DNA of 64,000 nt from Mytilus trossulus (Eukaryota): the NCBI RefSeq assembly GCF_036588685.1, contig NC_086374.1:9982001-10046000 (forward strand), written 5' to 3'. Position numbers and translations under genes: made by a program. Each line of letters begins with the position of its first letter. Positions within the stretch are counted from its first letter, which is position 1. Below are positions 1 through 11,207 of this stretch, one piece after another. The notes under the pieces were generated by a model, which saw only the letters and a list, made by a program, of their open reading frames with translations, was not told the DNA's origin and searched no databases.

Positions 1-575
1 GCACCCTACGTGTTGCTCGTGATATTAAGTAGTCTTATTCGGAAGGTCTTATTGATAAAAAGGGAACAGGATTGTATTTACGACATAAGGAACATTTCTA
101 ATATCATCTGTGAAAAGGATATTCAATAACGGTCAACCAACTCCTGATTGCGTCTGTATATTTCACGAAGGTAGGATTTCAACTTAACCATTTGGAACTC
201 TTGGGTTAAGAGCTTCACAGTTAACAGCGACCCTCTAACAAAGAAAACATGATAGGACATACAAGCACGGGACTATATCGTTTATATTAATTTGGAGATA
301 TAAATTCCGTATGCAGGGGCTGCTGGAATGTTGCAGCATTAAAAGGGAAAATTCACAATTTGTTGGCTGAAATCTTTTGTCGTAGGTTTAATTTCAACTG
401 ACCCTCATTGTCAATTTCTAGATGCAAGTCAAGATATAAGGCAGACTAAACTGTTTTCGTTGTATCCTTTATCTCTAGTTTGATAGGATAAAATGCGTTC
501 AACATAGTCACTCAATTTTGTAATATTTAGTGAGAGAACATCATCTTTATAGCAAAAAGAAAAGTTAAAAGATAT
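1..575 (-). pseudogene. Degenerate 3' fragment of a Penelope-like element reverse transcriptase
   Basis: Colinear with 57925-58510 (e.g. accctcattgtc..tttctagatg..aagtcaagatat, gctgctggaatgtt), which encodes the YLDL..NEG / NIPAAPAYG RT C-terminus; many indels here. Confidence 0.75.
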
Positions 576-1466
576 TTCTTACTTTTAACAAACGACAATC
601 ACTGAAATAAAGGCTCCTAACTTGGGACAGACATATGCATACATAATGTGGCGCATGTTAACGGGATACTAACCATCCAAAAACCACGGTGTTATAGTAC
701 AACATAAGAACAAACTATAAAAAATGAGTTGAAAAAGGCTTAACCCATCAGATGTATATGAACACAAATATATCTTAAAATACACAGAGTGTACATGAAT
801 GGATAGGTGAACAACAAATAAACAATGAAGGTCCTCGTAGCTCCTGACAGCTAGTTCAAAACAATTAACAACTAATGAAAAATCATTTAAAACTAAATTA
901 TCAATCAGTACAAATCCACCATCCAATTGATTTAGTGTTAAAATGTAATAAAAAGTCAGAAAAAAACACGACTTTGTGCAATGTCATGCATGATACATGC
1001 ATTTACAGATGTAGATAACTTTTTCTCGGATTTCAGTCGTTAGTTTTTTACTTTTGAGTGTAATACTGTTACTAGGCAATCTCTAGTTAGGTATATATGT
1101 AGGATTGTATGATGTCCTCTTTGAAATGATGTCCTCTTTGAAATAATGTCCACTGGATAGTAAATGCTGTTTATGGACAATTCTTACTTATTTGAATGTG
1201 TCCTGGACACAATATCCTATAAACATATGTCCTTAGGTATGATGATAATTAATACTTGACTTTTTAATATCATGCTTAATGTATTAAATGATATGCATTG
1301 CCTTATCATTACTGGACGCATCATGTTAACATGTAATCATGATAATTTTAATTCATTGTAACTTTGACACAGAGTTGTCTCATTTGTTGCATGCATCTGA
1401 TTGTGCCAGGAACTGATTGATAGTCAGGAAAATACTGAAAGAAGTTGGCATAAGTTATTATATAGT

Positions 1467-1846
1467 TAAAATTGAGAATGAAAATGGGAAATGTGTCAAA
1501 GAAACAACAACCCGACCATAGAAAAAACAACAGCAGAAGGTCAACAATAGGTTTTCAATGTAGTGAGAAATTCCGGCACCCGGAAGCGTCCTTCAGCTTG
1601 CCCCTAAACAAATATATACTAGTTATGCGTTTATTTTTCTACATTGGCAAGAGGTATAGGGAAGGGTTGAGATCTCATTAACATGTTTAACCCCGTCGCA
1701 TTTTTGCGCCTGTCCAAAGTCAGGAGCCTATGGCCTTTGTTATTCTTGTATTATTTTAATTTTAGTTTCTTTGGTACAATTTGGAAATTAGTATGGCGTT
1801 CATTGTTGTCTCTTTGACACATTCCCCATTTCCATTTTGAATTTTA
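1467..1846. repeat. Rearranged copy of an abundant dispersed repeat, with inverted ends
   Basis: 1467-1623 matches the 5' half of the repeat at 20711-21000. 1660-1846 is the reverse complement of its 3' and 5' parts, so the ends are ~43-bp inverted repeats (aaaattgagaatg..tgtgtcaaagaaacaacaa / ttgttgtctctttgacaca..tttgaatttta). Confidence 0.7.
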
Positions 1847-1899
1847 TGAGGTCGTGCATGACCTTGATTTATTAGACATATTGCGCCTGCAACACCATT

Positions 1900-2490
1900 T
1901 TGAAAAGAGGTATTCATGGCGGGGTCCAAATCGCTAACAAAGTCGTTTGGACTACCTCTGATATAGGAGCATTTGTATCTTTATCAGAACAGGAATTAGT
2001 TTAAGATCTGATCATTCTCCGGTATTAATAGATTTAAAATTTTCAAGCCAGATTAGAGGGAATGGAACATGGAAATTTCATAACAGTCTTTTGAATGAAA
2101 CTGAGTTTATTGAAAAAGTGGAAGAGGATATAAAATTATGAGGATATGTCATTGAAGAATATGCATCTGATCCGTCTATGGATATTGAGGCAGAGGATAA
2201 ACAGTTTAATATAAGCTATCAGTTTTTATGGGATATGATTAAGATGAAAATTCGCGGATGTGCAATCTCATTTTCGTCATTTCAAAAGAAGGAACAAAAT
2301 ATAAGAGAAAAATAATTATTATATAAGATATTATTATTAGATTAAAAACTCTTAGAGAATAACCTGCCATCATTACACCAAGAAAGAGAAGGGTTGGAAC
2401 TAGAATTACAAATACTAAGAGAAAAACTGTGAGAGTGATTAAAACAAGAGCAAAGGCAAGATGGCAAGAAGAGGGAGAATAGGCATATCC
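1900..2490 (+). pseudogene. L1/Tx1-like LINE ORF2 fragment 1 (end of APE endonuclease and linker)
   Basis: Translates with breaks to RSDHSPV, RGNGTWKFHNSL, WDMIKMKIRGCAISFSS and KTRAKARWQEEGE, typical of the L1/Tx1 endonuclease C-terminus and linker. Confidence 0.8.
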
Positions 2491-2786
2491 AGAAATCAAC
2501 GCCACTTTGCTTATTTGAATAGTTTACTAAAGAAATCGGATACGGGTCACGGAAATAACATTAAAATGATAGGGAATTTTGAAAATGTTTTAATTTTGAT
2601 TTTAGTGATAGACAGACTGTCGGGGCAGAAAATGAATAAACACAACAATATACACCATTTAATCGAAACATAATGACTGTTGTTGCAAAAATACAGGTTC
2701 CTGAGCTGTTTTAAAAATCGAAGCGAGAGGCTTTTAACATTGCAGTGTAAAATACAGGCTAAAAAGGCTGAAACGTCAAATTTGCA

Positions 2787-3048
2787 AAAGAGGGACGAAA
2801 AATACCAAAGGGACAGTGAAACTCATACATCTAAAACAAACTGACAACACCATGGCTACTGGGCGACGTCCGAGCCAGTTTCCTGTTAGATCTTCCTAGG
2901 TTCATTCAATTTTAGTTTTGCTACTGGGCGGATGATGTCCTCGGGGACAAAATGTCCACCAGCAGAGACATCGACCCAGTGGTAATAAAAGAAGGACGAA
3001 GGATACCAAAGGGACAGTCAAACTCATACATCTTAAACAAACTGACAA
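2787..3048 (-). repeat. Two short copies of the Penelope-like 3'-terminal repeat flanking a GC-rich insert
   Basis: aaagagggacgaaa.ataccaaagggacagt.aaactcata..tctaaaacaaactgacaa at ~2787 and ~2989 matches 57712-57770. Confidence 0.75.
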
Positions 3049-3489
3049 ACTTCGTGTTGAAAATTGGCTCACAAAGTTATTACAAAAACAGGTTGCCGGG
3101 GTGAAATTTGAAACTTGAATTTCCAAAGAGTAAGCAAGTCCTAACCTTGTATGTGTAGTCGTTGAACTCTAGGTTCCCACGTAAAATTAAAATTTCACTA
3201 TTTCAAGAAGAATAAACTCACGAAGGCACGAAAAATTCACTAAATTTGCGTTCATTGTTTTGATTTTGACCGCCTGACAACTTTACGGAAATACCAAAGT
3301 GATTGTAAATGAGGACTCTGTGACGGGCAACTTATAATATCCGTGTTTTAAAGATTTTAATGATATCAAGCCTATCAAACCAGTCCAGTTCAAACTAATA
3401 TCACGCAGTACAATTCTCATTTACATTTTATGAATATTAATTAGCAAAACCACTACTAATTCCTGGCTATGGGAAGTAACTATTTTTGA

Positions 3490-4293
3490 AATCTGGAAAA
3501 AAAAAATTGCACCGAAAAAATTATTCACAAACTAATTCTGGAGGACGAATCTGAGATAACGGATCCATGTACTTTTAGAAATGAACAAAAGATTTTTATA
3601 AAAAATGAAAACTCACAGGAGCACAGGAGCACATTTCTTCACCATGACAATCCTTTTATTACAAGAGAGAAGAGAAGATGTGACTTCCTGTGAAGGACCT
3701 TTATCGTTGAAGGAATGTCTGTCTTCTCTTAAACACACGAAGAACTCTAAATCACCTAGAAAAGATGTATTCTTTGTTGAGTTTAACAATATTTTTTTAT
3801 GGAATGCTATTGAAATACACAGGCAAATTTCATTCACATCAATTTCACGTGAATTTAAATTCATTTGAATCTCATGTGAAATTCACGTGAATTTCATATG
3901 AAAATAACATGAAATTTGTTCACGTGAAATTCCCAGGAATTTTTAAAATAAAGTAATTCAAACAACATCTAAATTTTTAAACTCAAGCAAAATCATGAAA
4001 ATACCAATATTTATTTTTGAAAAGTTCACGTGAAATTCATGTGAATTTTTTTAACGTGATAATCATGTGAATCTCAATTCACATGAACATTTTCACGTGA
4101 GTTTCATGTATAAGCTCGTTTGAGGTGAATCTCACGTGAATTTTTCTGGTGAATTTCAAGTGAGATTCATGTGAAATTCACGTGAGCAAATTTTGCCTGT
4201 GTACTACTAGTTAGATGTATAAATGAGTCTTTAGAATATGGAAAGTTCTTAATCACAGAGAGACTCATTACTTGTATACCAAAAGAGGGTAAG
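3490..4293 (+). pseudogene. L1/Tx1-like LINE ORF2 fragment 2 (RT N-terminus), interrupted by a MITE
   Basis: CEGPLSLKECLSSLK..KNSKSP..D, then WNAIEI|LLVRCINESLEYGK..ITCIPKEGK. Removing 3818-4203 restores the frame. Confidence 0.85.
3818..4201. mobile_element. 384-bp MITE with TA target-site duplication and internal CACGTG/CATGTG palindrome repeats
   Basis: TIRs CACAGGCAAA(A)TTT / AAATTTTGCCTGTG; TA on both sides (3816-17, 4202-03); precise removal restores the LINE frame. Confidence 0.9.
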
Positions 4294-5411
4294 TGTAACG
4301 AAGTAAGTTCTTTGGGAATTGTCAGGTGGCCAATGTCATACAAAACCAAATTAAAATATAAATTTAATTAACAAAACAAAATAAAGTAAATTCAACAAAA
4401 AATGTAATATGAAATGAGAACACAAATGTAACTAAATAAACACACACGGAACAAAACAAAATGTCATGAAATAAACATAAATCAAACAAATTTCGGCCTG
4501 CACACTTTCCGCACACTGCCCGGATACGTTCCTCGTTGTACGTACTGTAGATGTAAATGATGAACTGGGTTGTTCCCCTTTAAATTTCTCTTTATAATTA
4601 AACGGACGAATTAACTAATTTTCACATATATTTGGTTGCTTCTAAATTGATTGAAGAGAACACTAAATTTGTATGAATAAATATAATGCTGAATAACAAA
4701 CTATAACTGCTTTAAACTGCATAAATACTGCACGGACTTCTCGATTTCTCAACTAAAAATGTATATAATTTTACGGACTTTTTGCTCCAAATAAATAGAA
4801 ACGGACTATAAATTTATCACCGCCTCCATGCGTTGTAACTCCAACCAATATATCACTGAGTTGTTACCATTTTTAACCCCGACACCATTAATTCATCGAC
4901 ACCATTATCTCCGACCAGTCGACAATTAGCAACGTGCCAACGCACACTAAAACCGGGCCTAAAAACCCCTGCAAAATAATAATTGAACCCAAAAATTACT
5001 TACGTTATCTATAAATATGAATAATATGGCAATTATCCGTACATTTGGACCGCGAGCAAGAAATATCATCTCGACAGCAAATTGACCTCAATGTACCATA
5101 AAATATAAGTAAAATAACTTACCTGAGTGTTGTTTCAATTAGCCTTTGGACATCCATGTCCTGTCCTGACAATTATAATGTCCAAATTGCTATCTAAACC
5201 ACAAACCCAACTGCACAAACGTGTGCTACTCTCAATGATCATGTGCCGACTGATTTGAGACTCACCTGTTAAATTTCAATAGGTGCGTAATCACGTGATA
5301 AACAAGGTCTGCTTGACTAGATTACCGGTGTTAGTGAAAATAAGAGATAACATAAAATATAGTCCTAGGTGTAAAATAAATCATATAAATAATTAACTGA
5401 AGTTTGTTACA
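4294..5411 (-). repeat. 3' LTR
   Basis: Direct repeat of 10085-11202; same length, no difference spotted by eye; TG...CA ends. Confidence 0.97.
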
Positions 5412-5426
5412 AACGTCCCTTTCCAG
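5412..5426 (-). other. Polypurine tract (short, imperfect)
   Basis: Minus strand reads ..TGGAAAGGGACGTT immediately before the 3' LTR TGTAAC. Confidence 0.6.
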
Positions 5427-5613
5427 GAGACTAAAGAACATTTAGTCCGACCAGAAACAACAAACTTCAAAATCTAATCTGAAATTAAGCTATATCAGTA
5501 AAAAAAACCAACAAATATGTACACATCAAACATAAAAAATTCAGTCCTGTAACACTAAAATAAAACCAAAATTAACACAATAACGCTGTAATAACGTCAC
5601 ACTCAGGGGTTAT

Positions 5614-8600
5614 CTAAATATCGCCACATCTAGACAAAACATCTGCAACAATGTTTGTCTTGCCTGCAATGTAAAAAACTGTATAATTAAATTCCTGAAG
5701 TATCAAACTCCAACGGAGTAACCGTTGGTTACTGGTTTTCATCCTCTGTAACCACTGTAAAGGAGCATGATCAGTATTAATAGCAAACTCTTTACCCTCT
5801 AGATAGTTTCTCAAAGTTTTAACCGCCCACACTATGGCAAAGCACTCCTTTTCTACCACTGCGTAGTTGCATTCCGCTCCAGAGAGTTTCTTGCTGATAA
5901 ACATAATTGGACGCCTTCCGTCATCAAATTCTTGCTCTAGTACAGCACCTAGACCCTTACCGGACGCATCAGTCTGCAAAATAAACTTTTTAGAAAAATC
6001 TGGACTCCGTAATACAGAGTCACTACAAATACATTCTTTAAGCTTGTCAAAAGATTTTTGTGTTGTGTCTGACCATTCAACTTTATTTGGTTCGTTTTTC
6101 TTTGTAAGGTCAGTCAAAGGTACGGATATGTCGGAGAACTGTGGTATAAACTTCCTGTAGAAACCTATCAGACCGAGAAATGATCTCACCTGTTTCTTCG
6201 TGACAGGCACTGGAAATTCATGTATAGCAGATACCTTGTCCTGAACAGGCTTAATCTTGCCACCGCCGGCAATATGTCCTAAAAACTCAAGCTCATCGTA
6301 GCCAAATAAACACTTACTCGGTTTTGCAACGAGGTTTGCCTGTCTCAGTGAATCGAATACTGCCCTTAAATGCTCAATATGGTACTCCCATGTATCGCTA
6401 AATATACCAATATCATCAATGAACGAGTCAGCAAATTCCTCGTATCCTGCCAGAACTTTATCCATCATACGAACAAAAGTAGCACATGAGTTCATCATAC
6501 CAAATGGAGTAACAGTAAACTGATAATGTCCGAACGGCGTTATAAATGCGCTCTTCTGTCGGCTATCTTTATCAAGTGGTACCTGCCAATAGCCCTTAGT
6601 TAAATCAAGTTTACTGATATATCGTGCTCTGCTGACTTTATTCAGTACCTCATCCATGCGTGGCATAAAAATCGGGTCAAAGATAGTCTGTTTGTTCAAG
6701 GAACGATAATCGGCACAAAATCTAAGTGTGTTGTCTTTTTTCTTGATCAGTACTATCGGAGCTGCATACGGACTGTCAGACGGCTCAACTATACCTGCAG
6801 CTAACATATTGTCAATCTCTTCTCTGACCTTATCTCTAAGTGCGTATGGTAGTGGGTACGGACGTTGGTAAATCGGTTCATCTGTTTTTGTAACTACTCT
6901 ATGTTCTATAATATTTGTTACCTTAGGTACGTCACTAAAGATGTCTTCATATTCTGATAATAATTCTTTAAGCTGCTGTTTTTCGACAGTTGTCAATTCT
7001 GGTGAGATCGTAACGTCATCTACATTTTCTTTGCTTTTCAACACTGGAGTTATATCTGTAGTCATCTCACTATCATCTGTGCCTTCATCTGTGTTAAGAC
7101 CTGAAATTACATTTAAGCACGCAGCAATATCTGTTGTGACATTATTATCAAGATCATTATCTACCCGCTCATGCCATAACTTCAACATATTTACATGAAA
7201 TACTTTGTCTTTTCCTCTAACCTTGACCTTATAGTCAACAGGACTAACTTTATCAGTCACTATAAATGGTCCTTTCCAACTCGCTAACAGCTTTGATGTA
7301 TGTGTAGGCAATAATATAAGCACCTTTTGACCAACTTCAATCTTTCTGTCTCTAGCTTTTCTATCATAATAAAACTTCTGTCTTTGTTTCGCTTTTGTTT
7401 CATTTTCAATGGCGTACTCAGCCATTGTTCTCAACTTTTCTCTAGTGTCTAATAAATAACTCAACACAGAGTTTTGACATGTACTAGGCTCTTCCCACTC
7501 TTCTTTAAGTACTGCTAGAGGTCCTCTAATGTGCCTGCCATATAACAATTCAAACGGTGAGAAACCAGTACTCTCATTTGGTACCTCCCGATATGCAAAT
7601 AATAAGTAGGGGATATATACATCCCATGTTTTTGGTGTCTGTCGTGCATATGCCTTCAACATTTTCTTCAGTACACCGTTAAACTTTTCACAGAGTCCAT
7701 TACACATAGCATGATAAGGACTAGTGCGTAACTTACTTATCTTTAATAGTCTACATACCTCAACCATCAGCTCTGACATAAAGTTACTGCCTTGGTCTGT
7801 CAACAGCTCCCTGGGTATGCCAACTCTAGAAAATAAACTTATAAGAGCATTAGCGACTGTAGAAGCTTCTTGGTCTTTTAAAGGAATTGCTTCTGGATAT
7901 TTAGTGGAATAATCGACGCAAACAAGTACATAACGGTTTTTGTCATCAGTCATAGGCAAAGGGCCAACAAAATCAATAGCAATGCGCTGAAATGGCTCAT
8001 CCATAGGTGGTATGCTAATCAATGGAGCACGTGGTACTCTACCCTTCGATGTACCTATCTGACAATCTGGACAAGACCTACAGTATTCGGCAATATCATT
8101 AAATATACCTGGCCAGAAAAAGTGCTGCATGATTCTGTCTCTTGTTTTCTTATTCCCAAGGTGACCTGCCAACGGAATATCATGTCCCAACGAAAGAACT
8201 GTTCCTCTCAACTTGCTTGGTAATACAATTTGCTGAATAACTTCACCACTTGGCTTAGTATACACTCTATATAGTAAATCTGAATTATATATAAAATAAG
8301 ATGCTGGGTTATCATGCACATCACTTACATAAGATTTTACCTTATCCAAAGTCTCATCTGTCTTCTGTAACTCAATCAACTGCTTCCTATCACAAATCTT
8401 AAACTCATGGCATACGTCTGAAAAATCTATAGAATGAGATATAGGTATATCGCTACTACGCTGAACATTCGTCTGATCAATCATAATATCTGCTTCATCC
8501 TGCTTCTTCTTTCGAGATCGAGTCTCAACTGCATGACATGGGACTGAGTCACCTGAAACAAAAATATCTTCTCCACTAGTCACTGATAAACCATCGACAC

Positions 8601-9837
8601 TATGTGGTACTGATGTGTTCACATAGTTTCCAACAATCAGATCTGCAAACGGTGTATCTAAGATCAATGCAATAATATCACCTGAAATATAAGGAGTAGA
8701 AATATTAATACATACTTCTGGACACTGCTTCACTGAACCATCTGCTAAACATATGTCTCTAGTCTGACCTGTAAGACAATCTGGGTTAGTAAACGTAAAC
8801 CTACTATGAACAAATACAGTAGAACAACCTGTATCTCTCAAAACTGAGATTTTATCACTATCGATCTTACCTTCTACTATATCAAGTCCATGTACCTGTA
8901 CCTTGTCGCCATTACATGAAACACCAGGCAACCTAACAGTCACACCACTAATATAATCATCTACTCTATACTCCTGTCTACTCTGTATGCACAAACCAAA
9001 CTTACCTGGCTTAAAATTATCCTCCTTTGACCGGTTCGTCCTTGTAGGACAGTGCGTAGCTATATGACCAATGTTCTTACAAATAAAACAAGTCCTAGTG
9101 TCAGGTTGTCTTCCTTTTGATTGGTTATATCTACCTTGTTGTTTAGATTGGTCGGTGTCAATTCTCCCAACTGATTTAGAACTTACCTGTTCATCTTTAT
9201 GTGCTTGCTGAAAAGCCTCAGCTTTGTCTACCAACTCATCAATTGTTTTCGGTTTCTGTTCCTTGATCCAAAGTTTGAGCTCTTTATTACAACTTACCAT
9301 TAACTGTTCTCTAGTAACTAAATCAACAAATCTATCAAAATCAGTGCCTATCAACTCACGCTCCAACCAATGTCTAAGAAAACCTACTAGTCTGACTGAA
9401 AATTCCTTAAATGACTCATCCGAAGACTGGCGTTCACTTCTGAACTTCTCCCTGTATGCCTCGGCAGTAAGCTCGTATCTACATAAAATAGCAGATTTAA
9501 TTTTATCATAATTTTTACTGTCCTCTTCAGACAATCTAGAAAATGCCTCTAAAGCTTTCCCACAAAGTAAAGGGACTAATCTAAGGGCCCACTCAGACTT
9601 GGGTATTTTATGCAAAACCACCAATTTCTCAAAGGACCTTAAAAATACATCTGGGTCTTCACCTTCCTTAAATTTAGGAAGTTTCGACTTCAAACTTGAA
9701 TGTGTCTGTGGTGGTGCAACACCTTGAGCCATTTCTTTCTCTCTAAGCTCTAACTCTTTTAAACGTACCTCTTTTTCCATCTCTATCTTTCTCATCTCTC
9801 TCTCTTCCATCCTAGCTTCTCTCTCAGTAGACTGCAT
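5614..9837 (-). CDS. Gag-Pol polyprotein: SCAN-like capsid, CCHC knuckle, aspartic protease, integrase, RT, RNase H
   Basis: 1407-aa ORF: CFICKNIGHIATHC; LRDTGCS; HDIPLAGHLG..CRSCPDC, IAIDFVG, LTDQG, GLCEKFN, WKGPF (integrase); LDLTKGYWQV, FIDDI (RT); LQTDAS, EKECFAIVWAV, TDHAPL, ADVLSR (RNase H). True start is probably the ATG at 9925 (see findings). Confidence 0.96.
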   Translation of the reverse strand: MQSTEREARMEEREMRKIEMEKEVRLKELELREKEMAQGVAPPQTHSSLKSKLPKFKEGEDPDVFLRSFEKLVVLHKIPKSEWALRLVPLLCGKALEAFSRLSEEDSKNYDKIKSAILCRYELTAEAYREKFRSERQSSDESFKEFSVRLVGFLRHWLERELIGTDFDRFVDLVTREQLMVSCNKELKLWIKEQKPKTIDELVDKAEAFQQAHKDEQVSSKSVGRIDTDQSKQQGRYNQSKGRQPDTRTCFICKNIGHIATHCPTRTNRSKEDNFKPGKFGLCIQSRQEYRVDDYISGVTVRLPGVSCNGDKVQVHGLDIVEGKIDSDKISVLRDTGCSTVFVHSRFTFTNPDCLTGQTRDICLADGSVKQCPEVCINISTPYISGDIIALILDTPFADLIVGNYVNTSVPHSVDGLSVTSGEDIFVSGDSVPCHAVETRSRKKKQDEADIMIDQTNVQRSSDIPISHSIDFSDVCHEFKICDRKQLIELQKTDETLDKVKSYVSDVHDNPASYFIYNSDLLYRVYTKPSGEVIQQIVLPSKLRGTVLSLGHDIPLAGHLGNKKTRDRIMQHFFWPGIFNDIAEYCRSCPDCQIGTSKGRVPRAPLISIPPMDEPFQRIAIDFVGPLPMTDDKNRYVLVCVDYSTKYPEAIPLKDQEASTVANALISLFSRVGIPRELLTDQGSNFMSELMVEVCRLLKISKLRTSPYHAMCNGLCEKFNGVLKKMLKAYARQTPKTWDVYIPYLLFAYREVPNESTGFSPFELLYGRHIRGPLAVLKEEWEEPSTCQNSVLSYLLDTREKLRTMAEYAIENETKAKQRQKFYYDRKARDRKIEVGQKVLILLPTHTSKLLASWKGPFIVTDKVSPVDYKVKVRGKDKVFHVNMLKLWHERVDNDLDNNVTTDIAACLNVISGLNTDEGTDDSEMTTDITPVLKSKENVDDVTISPELTTVEKQQLKELLSEYEDIFSDVPKVTNIIEHRVVTKTDEPIYQRPYPLPYALRDKVREEIDNMLAAGIVEPSDSPYAAPIVLIKKKDNTLRFCADYRSLNKQTIFDPIFMPRMDEVLNKVSRARYISKLDLTKGYWQVPLDKDSRQKSAFITPFGHYQFTVTPFGMMNSCATFVRMMDKVLAGYEEFADSFIDDIGIFSDTWEYHIEHLRAVFDSLRQANLVAKPSKCLFGYDELEFLGHIAGGGKIKPVQDKVSAIHEFPVPVTKKQVRSFLGLIGFYRKFIPQFSDISVPLTDLTKKNEPNKVEWSDTTQKSFDKLKECICSDSVLRSPDFSKKFILQTDASGKGLGAVLEQEFDDGRRPIMFISKKLSGAECNYAVVEKECFAIVWAVKTLRNYLEGKEFAINTDHAPLQWLQRMKTSNQRLLRWSLILQEFNYTVFYIAGKTNIVADVLSRCGDI

Positions 9838-10064
9838 GTTTTTTCAACATTTCTAAACATGTCTCCAAAGTTTCACCCTTCTCTAACATCTCCGGAACCC
9901 AAGCGGGTAATACACTTCCTGCCATACTGTACAATACAAATAATAATAAAATGATAATGTAAACAAATAATACAACATAAAAGTTCAAACAAAATATATA
10001 ACAGAAAAAAAATCCCTGTTGTCTATCTGACAATATTTTCTAATATAACAATTGGCACAGTGAC

Positions 10065-10083
10065 AATCCCACCGCTGCCACCA
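10065..10083 (-). promoter_or_regulatory. Primer binding site complementary to the tRNA-Leu 3' end
   Basis: + strand AATCCCACCGCTGCCACCA matches the 3' end (with CCA) of metazoan tRNA-Leu(AAG-type) as I recall it; lies 1 nt inside the 5' LTR. Confidence 0.85.
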
Positions 10084-10084
10084 T

Positions 10085-11202
10085 TGTAACGAAGTAAGTT
10101 CTTTGGGAATTGTCAGGTGGCCAATGTCATACAAAACCAAATTAAAATATAAATTTAATTAACAAAACAAAATAAAGTAAATTCAACAAAAAATGTAATA
10201 TGAAATGAGAACACAAATGTAACTAAATAAACACACACGGAACAAAACAAAATGTCATGAAATAAACATAAATCAAACAAATTTCGGCCTGCACACTTTC
10301 CGCACACTGCCCGGATACGTTCCTCGTTGTACGTACTGTAGATGTAAATGATGAACTGGGTTGTTCCCCTTTAAATTTCTCTTTATAATTAAACGGACGA
10401 ATTAACTAATTTTCACATATATTTGGTTGCTTCTAAATTGATTGAAGAGAACACTAAATTTGTATGAATAAATATAATGCTGAATAACAAACTATAACTG
10501 CTTTAAACTGCATAAATACTGCACGGACTTCTCGATTTCTCAACTAAAAATGTATATAATTTTACGGACTTTTTGCTCCAAATAAATAGAAACGGACTAT
10601 AAATTTATCACCGCCTCCATGCGTTGTAACTCCAACCAATATATCACTGAGTTGTTACCATTTTTAACCCCGACACCATTAATTCATCGACACCATTATC
10701 TCCGACCAGTCGACAATTAGCAACGTGCCAACGCACACTAAAACCGGGCCTAAAAACCCCTGCAAAATAATAATTGAACCCAAAAATTACTTACGTTATC
10801 TATAAATATGAATAATATGGCAATTATCCGTACATTTGGACCGCGAGCAAGAAATATCATCTCGACAGCAAATTGACCTCAATGTACCATAAAATATAAG
10901 TAAAATAACTTACCTGAGTGTTGTTTCAATTAGCCTTTGGACATCCATGTCCTGTCCTGACAATTATAATGTCCAAATTGCTATCTAAACCACAAACCCA
11001 ACTGCACAAACGTGTGCTACTCTCAATGATCATGTGCCGACTGATTTGAGACTCACCTGTTAAATTTCAATAGGTGCGTAATCACGTGATAAACAAGGTC
11101 TGCTTGACTAGATTACCGGTGTTAGTGAAAATAAGAGATAACATAAAATATAGTCCTAGGTGTAAAATAAATCATATAAATAATTAACTGAAGTTTGTTA
11201 CA
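10085..11202 (-). repeat. 5' LTR
   Basis: Direct repeat of 4294-5411, adjacent to the PBS. Confidence 0.97.
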
Positions 11203-11207
11203 GTAAG

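Larger units (their letters stand above)
4294..11202 (-). mobile_element. Full-length Ty3/gypsy LTR retrotransposon, Gmr1-like (integrase before RT)
   Basis: Two 1118-bp LTRs TGTAAC...GTTACA, 5-bp TSD GTAAG (4289-4293 and 11203-11207), PBS, PPT and a single long gag-pol ORF. Confidence 0.97.

Noticed and set aside
5867-9511. + strand ORFs within the LTR element, and minus ORFs at 24173-25035 and 60086-60780
   Set aside because: Antisense shadows of real coding frames with no motifs.
10065-10083. tRNA gene
   Set aside because: Only the 19-nt 3' end including CCA is present; it is a primer binding site.
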